64,000 nt of DNA from Stegostoma tigrinum. Its lineage: Eukaryota. The stretch is from contig NC_081386.1 in NCBI RefSeq assembly GCF_030684315.1, forward strand, positions 24,868,827 through 24,932,826. The letters are read 5' to 3'. Position numbers and translations under genes: made by a program. Shown here piece by piece: positions 11,190 to 24,900 of the stretch (its first letter is position 1; the number at the start of each line of letters is the position of its first letter). The notes under the pieces are model-generated. The model saw only the letters and a program-made list of their open reading frames with translations. It was not told the origin of the DNA and made no database searches.

Positions 11190-13280
11190 AATACTGAAAA
11201 CAAAAAATACTGGGAATCACAGTGGGTCAGGCAGCATCCATGGAGAGAGAGCAAGCTAACGTTTTGAGTCTAAATGACTCTTCATCAGAGTTGACATGAA
11301 ATGTAGAGGGGGCAGCATTTATGTAATAATATTTGGGTGGAGTGCTTGGGAAGAAAGGGTGTTGAAAGTGCAGATTAATTGATTGGATTGTGAGAATGGC
11401 AGAACAATTGTGTGTACAAGTGCCAAACTGGAAAGTACAGATAGTCCAAGGGCAGTGGGCAGAGGGGAGAGAGGACTGGGTGGCCAAGTGTGCAAAAAGT
11501 AAAGCTAAAAGGGAAGAAATGGGAGCAACTTCACAATCTGAAGGTGTTGAACTCAATATTAAGTCCAGAAGGTTGTAAAGTGTCTAGTCTGAAAATGAAA
11601 CGTTGTTCCTCCAGTTTGTGCTGTGATTTGCCGGAGTATTGCAGAATGTCAATGATGGACAAGTGAATGTGTGAGTAGGATGCTGTGTTAAAATGACCGG
11701 CGACACGAATGTCGGGGTCATGTTTGTGCACAGACTGGAGGTGTTCTGCAAAGTGGTCACCTAGTCAGCATTAGGTTTCTCCAATGTAAAGTAGGCCACA
11801 GTAGGTGCAGCAAATGCAAGACAACAGATTGGAGGAGGTACCGGTAAAATGTTGCTCCACCTAGAAAGACTGTTTAGACTCTTGGATGGTGAGCAGGGAA
11901 GAGGTGAAAGGGCAAGCTCTGCACCTTCTGCAGTTACACAGGAAGGTGTCATGGGAAAGGGACATGGTGTTGGTAATCATCAAGGAATGAACTAGGGTGT
12001 TCCAGAGGGAAACGTCCCTGCAAAATGCAGACAGAGGAGTGAGAAGAAGATGTGACTGGTGGTGGCGTTCTGCTGGACTTGCCTGAAATGGTAAGAATGA
12101 TACTTTGAATACGGAGGCTGGTGGGATGAATAGTGAGGACAAGGGGAACCTGATCACGCTGTTGTGAGTGATGGGAAGGGACAGTGGCAGAAGCATATGT
12201 GATAGGTTTGATGTAGTTGAGGGGCCTGTCAACCACAGTGGTTTTGGAAGAAGGAAACCATGTCAGCAGTGCTGTTTTGGAAGGTGGCATCATCTAAATA
12301 GATATGTCTGGGGTGAAAAATCTGGGAGAATAGGATGGAATCCTTACAGAATGTGGTGTGTGAAGAGCTGTAATGAAAGTATTTATGGGAGTCAGTTTCT
12401 TTGTAGTGAATGGCAGTGGACAGTTTATTCCCCAAAATGGAGACAGAGAGGTCAAGGAAAGGAAGGGAAGTGTTGGAGATGGACCATGTGTAATTTATAG
12501 AGGGGTAGAAATTGGAGGCAATAATTAACAAATCTTTCGAGCGAGAGTGGAAACATAAAGTGGCACCAAAGCAGTCATTGATGTACCAAGAAAAGAGTGT
12601 GGGAAGGGATCACTGTGGGACTGCATTAAGGATTGTTCCACATGCCCCATAAGAGGCAGGAATAACTGGGAACCATGCAGGTGCCCATAACCACTCCTTT
12701 GACTTGGCAGGAGTGAGATGAATTAAAGGAGAAACTTTTCAGTGAGAGAACTAGTTCAGCCAGGTGGAGGAGAGTGGTGATAGATGGGGAGTGTTCAGCT
12801 CTCTGATCAAGCGGAAGAAGCCAAGCACTCTCAGAGCATCCTGGTGGGGAATGGGGGTATAAAAGGATTGGACATCCATGGTGAACAGGAGGCAGGTAGG
12901 GCCAGGGAACTGGAAATTGTCAATATGGTGGAAAGTATCAGAGGAATCGCAATGTATTTGGGCAGGGTCCAGACAAGTACAGAGAGGATGAAGTCAAGGT
13001 GCGAGGAAATGAGCTTGGTGGGACAGGAATGAGCTGACATGATGGACCGACTGGGAAATCCAGTTTATGAATTTTGGGAAAGAGGCAGAAGTGGGCCATC
13101 TGGGGTTGGGAGACTATGAGGTTGGAGTCAGTGGGGTAAGATCTCTGGAGGTAATGAGGTCATTGACAGTCCACGCAACAATATCTTGATGTTCAGATGT
13201 AGGCTATAGCCCAAGGGACGGTAGGAAGAAGTGTCTGAGAGTTGGCTTTGAGCATCTGTAAGGTAAAGATCAGAGTACAA
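11190..13280 (-). mobile_element. Degraded Penelope-like element
   Basis: Minus-strand ORF fragments read SLPFLDLSVSILGNKLSTAIHYKETDSHKY (RT) and HKLEEQRFIFRLDTLQPSGLNIEF (GIY-YIG end). A hammerhead-like terminal repeat lies at about 11250-11290. Confidence 0.8.
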
Positions 13281-13289
13281 TAGTGCCAC

Positions 13290-14290
13290 TCTTTCTCAGC
13301 AGTATAGATGACAAAGTTATTATTGGACCCGAAAGCACAAAATGTGGCAATTTCAATCCTATGAAGTTGATCATCCCTTTCTTACTTGTCAATTCCACCC
13401 AAATAACTTCGCTGGAATTATTCCCAGGCATATCCTCCCTAAGTATAATGGTAATGTTATTCCTAATTCAAAATCACCATTCTCTCTCCTCTCTTGACTC
13501 TTTTCTATCCTTCCTATATCACCGAAACCTTGGAGCATTAAGGTTGGTCTTGTCCATCTCTGAGCCATGTTACTGCAATAGCTGTGATATCCCAGTCCCA
13601 TGTTCCCAACTGTGCCCTGAGTTTATCTGCCTTTTCTGTCCAGCCTCTTGCATTAAAATAAATGCAGTTTTTCAGTCCTACCTCATTCTCTGCTTTGTTC
13701 CAGCCTGCCCTGACTATTTGACTTGCTCCTTTCTCAACTGTACCAGTCTTAGCCTAATCTCTTTTCTCACTATCTCCTCTGGTAACCAACTCCCCTGTTA
13801 CTAGTTTAAATCCTCCTGAGCAACGCTAGCAAGTCTCCCCACCAGTATATTAGTCGCCTCCAAAACAGGTGTAACCCATCCTTCTTATACAGGTCACTTC
13901 TACCCCAGAAGAAATTCCATTGATGCAAAAATATGAATTCTTCTCCCCTGCACCAGCTCCTCAGCCTTGCATTCATCTGCTCTTGTCCTCCTATTCCAAC
14001 CCTCACTTGCTCGTGTCACCATAGGTAATCCAGGTATTATTAATCTCAAGGACCCACATTTTAAATTCCTGCCCAACTTTCCTATATTCTCTCCTCAGAA
14101 TATCACCTTTTTCTCTTCCTATGTCATTGGTTCCAATGTGTACAATAACCTCCTGCTGGTCCCAATCTCCTTTGCCAATATTTTGCACCCTCTCTGAAAT
14201 ATCCTTGTTCCTAGCTAGAGGGAGGCAGTACAGCATTCTAATGTCTTGCTGTCAACCACAGAAAGATCTATCTGTGCCTCTGACTGGAGA
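13290..14290 (-). mobile_element. Degraded CR1 5' fragment (ORF1 esterase, start of ORF2)
   Basis: VIVHIGTNDIGR and DLYKKDGLHL (SGNH esterase motifs), plus endonuclease N-terminal remnants. Confidence 0.75.
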
Positions 14291-14503
14291 GTGCCTTGTC
14301 ATAAACAATAACATTTGGTGTGTGGATCCCCAATAGTGTTATGATTTAGGGCAGGGACCAGGGATAGATTACATTAATATGGGATCAAATTAAAGGTAAA
14401 ATATTCTAGTTCAGGCTAAGGTCAGGAGCTGAATTGACATTGTTCTGATCCCTTTTTGAATTAGGGTTTCATCAGCTTCCTTGTTGGGATTAAGGTTTGG
14501 TTT

Positions 14504-17500
14504 TAGAACATTACAGCACAGTACAGGATCTTCGGCCCTCGATGTTGTGCCGACCTGTCATACCGATCTTAAACCCATCTAACCTACACAATTCCATGTA
14601 CGTCCATATGCTTGTCCAATGACGACTTAAATGTACCTAAAGTTGGCGAATCTACTACCATTGTAGGCAAAGCATTCCATTCCCTTGCTACTCTCTGAGT
14701 AAAGAAACTACCTCTGACATCTGTCCTATATCTTTCACTCCTCAATTTAAAGCTGTGCCCCCTCGTGCTCGCCGTCACCATCCTAGGAAAAAGGCTTTCC
14801 CTATCGACCCTATCTAACCCTCTGATTATTTTATATGTTTCAATTAAGTCACCTCTCAACCTTCTTCTCTCTAATGAAAACAGCCTCAAGTCCCTCAGCC
14901 TTTCCTCGTAAGCCCTTGCCTCCATACCAGGCAACATCCTAGTAAATCTCCTCTGCACCCTTTCCAAAGCTTCCACATCCTTCTTATAATGCGGTGACCA
15001 GAACTGTACACAATACTCCAAGTGCGGCCGCACCAGAGTTTCGTACAGCTGCAGCATAACCTCTTGGTTCCGGAACTCGACCCTCTATTAATAAAAGCTA
15101 AAACACTGTATGCCTTCTTAACAGCCCTGTCAACCTGGGTGGCAACTTTCAAGGATCTGTGTACATGGACACCGAGATCTCTCTGCTCATCTCCACTACT
15201 AAGAATCTTACCATTAGCCCAGTACTTTGCATTCTGGTTACTCCTACCAAAGTTCATCACCTCATACTTGTCTGCATTAAACTCCATTTGCCACCTCTCA
15301 GCCCAGCTCTGCAGCTTATCTATGTCTCTCTGCAACCTACAGCATCCTATGTCACTATCCACAACTCCACCAACCTTAGTGTCGTCTGCAAATTTACTAA
15401 CCCATCCTTCTACGCCCTCATCCAGGTCATTTATAAAAATGACAAACAGCAGTGGGCCCAACACCGACCCTTGTGGTACACCACTAATAACTGGTCTCCA
15501 GGATGAACATTTCCCATCAGCTACCACCCTCTGTCTTCTTTCAGCAAGCCAATTTCCGATCCAAACTGCTATATCTCCACAAATTCAATTCCTCCGCATT
15601 TTGTACAATAGCCTACTGTGGGGAAACTTATCGAACGCCTTGCTGAAATCCATATACACCACATCAACCGGTTTACTCTCAATCTACCTGTTTGGTCACC
15701 TTCTCAAAGAACTCAATAAGGTTTGTGAGGCACGACCTTCCCTTCACAAAACCGTGCTGACTATCCCTAATCAATTTATTCTTTTCTAGATGATTATAAA
15801 TCCTATCCCTTATAACCTCTTCCAACACTTTACCAACAACTGAGGTAAGGCTCACTGGTCTATAATTACCAGGGTTGTCTCTACTCCTCTTCTTGAACAG
15901 GGGAACCACATTTGCTATTCTCCAGTCATCTGGCACTATTCCTGTAGACAATGACGAGTTAAAGATCAATGCCAAAGGCTCAGCAATCTCCTCCCTGGCT
16001 TCCCAGAGGATCCGAGGATAAATCCCATCCGGCCCAGGGGACTTATCTATCTTCACCTTCTGAAGGATTTCTAATACCTCTTCCGTATGAACCTCAATCC
16101 CAGCTAGTCTAGTAGCCTGTATCTCAGTATTCTCCTTGACAACATAGTCGTTTTCTAGACTGAATACTGTTGAAAAATATTCATTTAGCGCTTCCCCTAT
16201 CTCATCTGACTCCACACACAACTTACCACTACTATCCTTGATTGGGCCTAATCTTACTTTCGTCATTCTTTTATTCCTTAAATACCTATAGAAAGCCTTA
16301 GGGTTTACCCTGATCCTATCCGCCAACAACTTCTCATGTCTCCTCCTGGCTCTTCTGAGCTCTCTCTTTAGGTCTTTCCTGGCTACCTCGTGGCCCTCAA
16401 GTGCCCTAACTGAGCCTTCACATCACATCCTAACATAAGCCTTCTTCTTCCTCTTGACCAGAGATTCCACCTACTTCGTAAACCACGGTTCCCGCACTCT
16501 ACAGCTTCCTCCCTGCCTAACAGGTACATATTTATCTAGGGCACACAGGAGCTTTTCCTTGAATAAGCTCCACATTTCTAATGTGCCCATCCCCTGCAGT
16601 TTCCTTCCCCATTCTATGCTCCCTAAATCTTGCCTAATCTCATCGTAATTGCCTTTCCCCCAGCTATAACTCTTGCCCAGTAGTATACACCTATCCCTTT
16701 CCATCACTAAAGTAAACAAAACAGAATTGTGATCGCTATCATCAAAGTGCTCACCTACTTCCAAATCTAACACCTGGCCGGGCTCATTACCCAGTACCAA
16801 ATCTAATGTGGCTTCGCCCCTTGTTGGCCTGTCTACATATTGTGTCAGGAAGCCCTCCTGCACACACTGGACAAAAACTGACCCATCTATAGTACTCAAA
16901 CTATAGTGTTCCCAGTCAATATCTGGAAAATTGAAGTCCCCCATGACAACTACCCTGTCTCCCTCACTCCTATCGAGTATCATCTTTGCTATCCTTTCCT
17001 CTACATCTCTGGATCCATTCAGAGGCCTATAGAAAACTCCCAACAGGGTGACCTCTCCTTTCCTGTTTCTAACCTCAGCCCATACTACCTCAGTTGACGA
17101 GTTTGCAAACATCCTTTCTGCAACTGTAATGCTGTCCTTGACCAACAATGCCACTCTGCCCCTTTTACCATCTTCTCTGTTCTTACTGAAATATCTAAAT
17201 CCCGGAACCTGCAATGACCATTCCTGTCCCTGCTCTATCCATGTCTCCGAAATGGCCACAACATCGAAATCCCAGGTACTAACCCATGCTGCAAGTTCAC
17301 CCACCTTATTCCGGACGCTCCTGGCATTGAAGTAGACACACTTCAATCCAACTTCTTGCTTGCCGGTGCCATCTTGCTTCCCTGAAACTTTATTTCGGAC
17401 CACCCTACTCTCAACCTTTTCTATAGTCGAATTTTGGTGCCCATCCCCCTGCTGAATTAGTGTAAAGCCACCCAAATAGCCTCAGCAAATTTCCCCCCCA

Positions 17501-18710
17501 GGATATCGGTACCTCTCTGGTTCAGGTGAAGACCATCTTGCTTGTAGAGGCCCCACCTACCCCAGAAAGAGCCCCAATTATCCAAGAATCCAAAACTCTC
17601 CCTCCTGCACTATCCCTGTAGCCATGTGTTCAACTCCTCTCTCTCCCTATTCCTCGCCTCACTAGCACATGGCACGGGCAACAAACCAGAGACAACAACT
17701 CTGTTCGTCCAAGCTCTCAGCTTCCATCCTAGCTCCCTGAATTTCTGCCTTAAATCCCCATCTCTCTTCCTACCTATGTTGTTGGTGCCAATGTGGACCA
17801 CGATTTGGGGCTGCTCCCCCTCCCCCTTGAGGATCCCAAAAACACGATCAGAGACACCATGCACCCTGGCACCTGGGAGGCAACACACCAACCGTGAGCC
17901 TCTCTCGTCCCCACAGAACCTCCTATCTGTCCCCCTAACTGTGGAGTCCCCAATGACTAATGCGCTGCTCCTCTTCCCCCTTCCGTTCTGAGCAGCAGGG
18001 ACAGACTCTGTGCCAGAGACCTGTGCCCCTCTGCTTTCCCCTGTTAAGTCGTTCCCCCCCCCCAACAGTATCCAAAATGGTATACTTACTGTTGAAGGGG
18101 ATCGCCACAGGGGATCCCTGCACTGCCTGCCGGTTCCCTTTCCGTCCCCTGACCGTAACCCATCTGCCTTTTTCCTGTACTTGAGGAGTGACTACCTCCC
18201 TGTAACTCCTCTCAATAACCCCCTCTGCCTCCCGAATGATCCGAAGCTCATCCAGCTCCAGCTCCAGTTCCCTAACGTGGTTTTCAAGGAGCTGGAGTTG
18301 GGTGCACTTCCCGCAGATGTAGTCAGCAGGGACACTAGTGGTGACCCTTACCTCCCACATTCTGCAGGAGGAACATTCAACTGCCCTGACCTCCGTTCCC
18401 ATTATTCTAAATTCCCAAAGACTTAAAAAAAAGAATAAAAAATAAACTTGTTACCTTACTAATCAGGCACACAGAACCTTTTTTTTGGTTAGCGGAGGAG
18501 GATGGGTGGGAGACACTACCCGGGTAGTGTTTCGGGTACCGCAACCACACAAATATATTACCTCACTCACTCACCAGTCCCGTGTCGGCTCCTGCTCAGT
18601 GACCCTCCGCCTATTCACGAGGTAAGCTTTTTAACGATTCAAAAACAGTGACTCACCAGCTTCCCAACACGGCCCTGCTCCAAGCTCCCGCTCGCGCTGC
18701 TGCTGCAACC
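14504..18710 (-). mobile_element. Near full-length CR1 LINE with a few frameshifts
   Basis: ORF1 fragments (17610-18402) contain CxxC...CxxC, a coiled coil and the GDSTVR/HIGTNN esterase. ORF2 fragments contain the APE endonuclease (YFNARS, ISETW, MGDFN, SDHN; 16471-17475) and RT (NYRPVSLTS, GVPQGSVLGP, FADD; 14584-16329). Confidence 0.95.
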
Positions 18711-18932
18711 AGCATTATCAAGATATTATAGGGTGTCAGTGGAAATAAAACTGAATATCTTTGATGTTGAGCCAGAGGCAGTTGGTACTGTTGTGGGTGG
18801 CCCTTGTTCAGTTGGTTAATTTATTTAAAATTGATCTTACAGAACTACAGGAAGTTGTTTTTATTGAGTGACGTTAAAAATTCAGGTCAGGATTCTTTGG
18901 TTGAAGCCAGGAGCTTTGTTTTCTGCAGAAAG

Positions 18933-21817
18933 TGTTATGGACCAGGCCAAGTCTTTAAAATATATAATGAAGATAGCCTAGACCCTAACTTTTTTTTCTA
19001 TTTTAAAGGAAAGTGCAAGGTGTTGCATTCCAGATGCAATTTGATTAGTCAAACTACCAGCCTTGGAGCAAAGCACACTTTATTCATGCACTATATTTAA
19101 AACAGAGACTGGCTTGACAAAACTGACACTGAGATACAGACTCTCCTCCAGAAGAAACGCTCTGCCCATCAGACCTTGCTCTCCAGATTTGACGACAAAA
19201 CAGCTAAAGCAGAATACAGAGCTGCATTCAGTACCCTGCAACCCAACTCAGAACGATGCAAAATGACTGGTGGTCAAAACAGGCAGAACAAACACAGCAG
19301 TATGCAGACACTGGCAACACCAGAGCTTTTTATGAGTCTCTGCACATGATGTATGGACCGACCCGCCACCTTCAGGCCCCTTTGCGCTCTGCTGACGGTG
19401 CCAGTTTGCTTACTGACAAAGAAGCAATCATGGAGCGATGGACAGAACACTACGAGAACCGCTTCGCGGACAATCGCCAAGTACAAACAGCGTCCATCGA
19501 GAGAATCCCGCAGCAGGACATCAGATCCGAACTCAACCGTCCACCAACGCTGGATGAGGTTCAATCCGCCATCTCTAAGCTGAAACTCCACAAAACCCCC
19601 CGGTATCGACGGAATCCCTGCAGAAGTATACAAATTAGGAGGAGCTTTGCTACTGAACGAACTCACCAACCTATTTGCACTCTGTTGGGAACAGGGTGAG
19701 GTGCCAGCTGATCTACGTGACTCTGTGATAGTCTCCCTGTATAAGAACAAGGGTGAGAAATCGGACTGTTCGAACTACAGAGGTGTCACTCTGCTGTCTA
19801 CGGCCGGGAAGATTCTCTCCAGAATCCTCTTGGACAGACTGATTCCCGTTATTGTGGAGGATAACCTGACAGAAAGTCAATATGGTTTTAGAGCGAACAG
19901 AGGCACATCCGACATGATCTTCGCACTACGCCAACTTCAGGAGAAGTGCCGTGAGCAGAACATTGGTCCGTACGCGGCATTCATTGTCCTCACCAAAGCC
20001 TTCGATACTGTCAGCCACGACGGTCTATGGAAAATCCTGGGGAATCTCGGATGCCCTCCTAAGTTCTTAACCATCCTACAGCAACTTCATGAAGGTCAGA
20101 GCGGCAAGGTGAAATACAACGGTGACCTATCACACCCGTTGCCCATCAGCAACGGCGTGAAGCAGGGCTGCATCTTGGCACCAATGCTCTTCACCATCTT
20201 CTTCAACATGATGCTGCAGGAAGTGAAGGAGGGCATTACGAACAGCATCTACATTCGCTTCCGCCCAGACGGCAATATCTTCAATCTGCACCGCTTCCTC
20301 GCTCGCATGAAGACAACACGGGAGCCCATCATGGAGCTGCTGTATGCGGACGACTGCGCCCTATTCACGCACACAGAAGACGCGCTACAGACTGCAGTGA
20401 TGCGCTTCTCTGAAGCTGCAAAGGCTTTTGGGCTAACGATCAGTCTGAAGAAGATGGAGATCCTGTACCAGAAGCCACCATACAGTGCATACAACCCACC
20501 TTGAATCTCGATCGACGGCCACCCCCTCAACACGATCGAACACTTCACGTACCTGGGAAGCATAATCTCCAACGATGCTACAGTCACGGGAGACGTCGAC
20601 TATCGCCTTGCGAAAGCAAGTAGCGCCTTCGGGCGACTGTGCAAGTGTGTATGGGGAAACCACTCAATAAGCATGTCGACGGAAATCCAGGTTTACAAGG
20701 CCGCGGTCATCACCACACTGCTCTATGGCTCCGAGGCCTGGGTTCTGTATCGGAAACAGATGCAGCTGCTGGAACGATTCCACCAACGTTGCCTGCGCTC
20801 TATATTGGGCATCACCTGGCAGGACCACGTCTCTAACAACGAAGTGCTGGAAAAGGCCCGGCTCCCCAGCATCGAAGCGGCCCTTCTCCTGAAGCAACTT
20901 CAATGGTTGGGTCACATTTCGCGGATGGACAACACCAGAATACCCAAGACAGTGTTCTTCAGGGAACTCTATGACGGCAAAAGAAACCGCGGTGCCCCAC
21001 GCAAGCGCTACAAGGACCAACTGAAGCAACAGCTGTCTCAGGCTGGCATCGCCTCAACGGAATGGCACAAGCTGGCCTCCTACAGGGACGCATGGCGGAA
21101 GAAAACTACGACAGTGACAGAGCAGTTCGAATGTTCGAGGAGAGCAGCTGCAGAGGACAGACGGAAATGCAGGAAGGAGCCCTCATCTCAAGCCCCGCTA
21201 TCCGGAGCATTCCCCTGCCCGCACTGCCCCAAGATCTGCAGGTCCAGGATAGGACTCTACAGCCACCAATGGTTGTGCCAACGAAATTGCTGACGAATCT
21301 CTTCCCAACTGATCTTTGCAAGCGAAGAATCTGCCTGATGATGGTGATGATGATATTTAAAATACAGCAAAAGAACTGGAATAACTTAACTTTACTGGAA
21401 AATGCTCCAGAACGATTGATTATTTAATGACTAAACAGTAACTGTTCCAATATAGTAAGATCCCATAAGCACACCCTTGATAAAGGCAAAGTCAGTAAAA
21501 TAGATTGTCTGACATGCAAATCTAGCAGCAGGAAGAGATCCTCAGCTTTTAGCTGTAACAGAGAGAGGTGTAAGAGCTTCCACATCCAGCTTCAAGATCC
21601 AAGCAGCAACTGCTTCTGAAACAAAAGAAAATCCTGGCTCTGTGGGCTTTTGATTTGCGCTGCTGCTATTGTTCCAACTTTAAAAAAGAAACCAAGGCCT
21701 CAAAAGCCATTTACTTTAATGGCTTTGAAGCATGCTGCTTGACAACTCTGTCACAATGTTTCTTCATTAAACAAAAGCAGGATAAAATGTATCTCCTAAA
21801 GCCATAGTTTCATCACA
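18933..21817. mobile_element. Solo LTR (about 625 bp, Gypsy-like) split by an RTE insertion
   Basis: It begins TGTTATG (18933) and ends CATCACA (21817). A 4-bp TSD, AAAG, lies at 18929-18932 and 21818-21821. Confidence 0.6.
19103..21352 (+). mobile_element. 5'-truncated RTE (BovB-like) LINE
   Basis: RT motifs are NYRGVTLLS, KAFDTV, GVKQGC and YADD. The C-terminal zinc finger reads CPHCPKICRSRIGLYSH. It has a (TGA)n tail and a 10-bp TSD, ATATTTAAAA, at 19093-19102 and 21353-21362. Confidence 0.92.
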
Positions 21818-21884
21818 AAAGGAAGATGGATCATTGTATATTCCAGGGTTCCTTGGCACATACCATCTAAAAAGTCGTGCAGAA

Positions 21885-22112
21885 GCAAATTACTGCTGAT
21901 ACTGGAATCTGTACTGAAAACAAAAAATGCTGGTGATCACAACAGGTCAGGCCAAATCCATGGAGAGAAAATAAGCTAACGTTTCGAGTCTAGATGACTC
22001 CTCATCAGACCTCTGATGAAAAATCATCTTGAGTCTAAATGTTAGCTTGCTTTCTCTGCATGGATTCTGTCTGACCTGCTGTGATCACCAGCATTTTTTG
22101 TTTGCAGTTCAT
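21885..22112. mobile_element. Palindromic non-autonomous Penelope-derived element with two back-to-back hammerhead cores
   Basis: The inverted arms are centred on ..ctcatcag-acct-ctgatgaa.. (22001-22020). The minus-strand core reads CTGATGA-G-GAGTC-ATCTA-GACTC-GAAACGTT. Confidence 0.75.
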
Positions 22113-22800
22113 CTGAATGTTTTTGTTCCTGATTTACAGCATCCGCAGCTCTTTCATTTTTTATTTAGTATCTGAATGGCCATGTTTGGTCCAGGAAGAA
22201 GTTCCACCTGAATTAGGACCAAAAGAAAATCACATGGCCAACTGGATTTCTGTATTCATCTTGGTTTACATTCTTTGTAACAATAATATTTTATTTGTTA
22301 TAAAACTGTAAGTAGATAAAGGAAATTATTGAACTTGTCTGTTCTGACTATTTTAATCAAAAAATTGTGTTCTGCTGGGATAAATATTATTTGTTGGGTC
22401 AGATCTGGTGACAGATCCATCTCCTGGGAAGTTTAGATTTCTCCAAAATCCACTGGCCAACCCTTCAGTATTCCTCAATCTTTCCTTGTGCTTCTGTTGG
22501 CATTTTCTGAAAGGCCTGCAATGATCCAGATTCCAACAATCCTCCTCGGGGTTCCAGGCTCACCCATGAAAGGAAACATCCACATGAAAAGCATCTAGTT
22601 CAGAAATTTGGCTGATGTGTGATGTCTCAGTCATCTAACATGAAATACTTTTGCCTGATTAAGCCTTGTACTGTGCGCGGGGTGAGAGGGGGGTCCTCAA
22701 TTTACAAACGTCTGACTTTCAAATGCTCATACCTATGAATGCTATCCCATTCATAGGTGTAGTTTTAAAGACCTAACGTACAAACATTTCCTATACTTAC

Positions 22801-23016
22801 AAGATAACAAGGTGCAGAGCTGGATGTACACAGCAGACCAAGCAGGAGCAGGAAAGCTGACGTTTTGGGCCGAGACCCTTCACCATTTTCTGATGAAGGG
22901 TCTAAGCCTGAAATGTCAGCATTCCCGCTCCTAAGATGCTGCTTGGCCTGCTGTGTGCATCCAGCTCTACACCTTGTTAACTCAGATTCTCCAGCATCTG
23001 CCATTCCTATTGTCTC
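22801..23016. mobile_element. Palindromic non-autonomous Penelope-derived element
   Basis: The inverted arms read gataacaaggtgcagagctggatg... and ...catccagctctacaccttgtta. The plus-strand core CTGATGAagggtctaagcctGAAAtgtc is at about 22890. Confidence 0.75.
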
Positions 23017-23619
23017 CTATATTTACAAACTACTTTATTGCATCCTGCGTTGTGTTCCAACTTGCGTACAAATTGACTTGTGAACTGTCTCAAGAATGGA
23101 ACCTATTCACAACCTGGGGACTGCCTGTTTTCAGATTAGTCTGCTGATGATGTGGCTTTTATCACCAAGGTATGCTTTGATCTGTCCCACTAATTTCCTG
23201 CTGCTTTCTGTTCATATATTCTGCATCCCACCTCACCGCACCTCCCTTACCTATAAAAATTGATGTTGCACTGAAGGACCATGTCAAATTGCTCACTGGG
23301 GTAGTTTTACTACTTTCCTCCCTTGGCCTCTTACATTGTAAATTCTCATCTTTGATGAGTAATTTCAATTTCTATCTCAATTCATCTTTCTCCTTGGAAT
23401 TGACTGCCCTTCTTAGTCTCCCCATTGGTACAAATTCCCTTATCCCATATGCACAACCACTCTCTCAACCTTGCCATGTCATGTCACATCTACGCTTTGA
23501 CTGCATCAATCACAGTTAAGGCACCAGAATTATATCCTTTATTGTATGATGCTTCTGTTTGTGCATCGCACACAACTGAACTGTCTTAACTGAAAAGTGA
23601 ACTAGTCCAAATTACACTA

Positions 23620-24210
23620 TCAAAGTCAGACAGTAAGGAAGGTGCATGGGTTGCTTAGCTTTATTGGGCAAATATTGCTGACAAGAGCAGGGATATAATG
23701 CTGGAACGACATAAGACACAGTTTAGGCCACAGCTGGCATATTGAGTACAGTTCTGGTTCCCACAAAACAGGAAGGACATAATTTCTCGAGAGACAATGC
23801 AGAGGAGATGTACAGGAATATTGCCAGAGTTTAAAATTGCAGCTATGAGGAAAGATGAGGAGGCTGAGGGGTGACTTTAGTGAGATGTCCCTAAATAATG
23901 GCGGGGGTTATATTTAGTGGACGCAGAAGAACCAGAGGACACAGACTTAAAGTGATTGGTAGAAGGACGAGAGGGAACGTGAGCAAAATCTCTTTCACCC
24001 AGAATGTAGTGGGTGGCTGGAATTTGATGCCTAGTTTGAATGTTAATATAGAAACATCAACCCATTGAGGAGGAACCTGGATCTACACCTGAAGCATTAT
24101 AATCCACAAGGCCACAGGTCAAGAGCTAGTAAATGGGATTAGAATAGACAGCAGTTTATTCAGCCAGCACCGACACAAAAGAACATATGGCCTCTCTCTG
24201 TGCTGTAATT
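23620..24210 (+). mobile_element. Highly degraded CR1 3' fragment
   Basis: Remnants of RPQLxYxVQFWxP and RRLRGD, then the 3' UTR. Confidence 0.6.
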
Positions 24211-24900
24211 TTCTAGGTGCAATGGAAACATTAGGATGCATGTGTGAAAAAGTCAACCTCTGCATGCTACAATCATGAAAGACAGAAAAACAGATCATGC
24301 TGCAACAATTCTTTATTAATTTTGATGACTATAATTAGCAATGTCAAGGTGGTAAGGGTATCCAGTGCTTGAGCAACAAAGAAATATCAAGCCAGGTAAA
24401 TACCAATTGAACCATTCAGCAGTTCAGGGAATATTTTCCATGATATGGTACGGTTCACTAACTTGCCAGTACATCATTCAAACCAGGGGAACATATGGTA
24501 AAAGGAACCAAAAGTGCTGACAAGCTGACAATGAGTTGTAATGGAAATCATGAGTTTCTGAAAGCAGATGCGAGTAGGGGAGTGACTGCCAGTTATTCCA
24601 AGATGTTTTATATTTACATTTATATTCCTCACCACCTTGTGAATGAATATGATGATTAACTGTGTACAAAATGTGGAAAAACATGAGATTCTTCCTTATA
24701 AAATTTAAGTGTGGCTTGGCCATGTCTATTTCTGCACAAAAAGATTATTTTTGACTTAAGCACTGTGAGATTCGAATACAGGTCATTGTTAAAATTCACG
24801 ATACAATCACGAGAAAGGAAATTTTCCTTCTACATCTAAACTCTCTTATTGTAAAATTGGAAGAACTCAAAGCCCCTCTTCCGATTTGAAAGAATCAACA

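Noticed and set aside
15022-15789. Long plus-strand ORFs over LINEs (also 17626-18426, 39607-40763, and minus-strand 19274-19750, 41125-41772)
   Set aside because: They are antisense or alternative-frame shadows of CR1, RTE and Penelope coding sequence.
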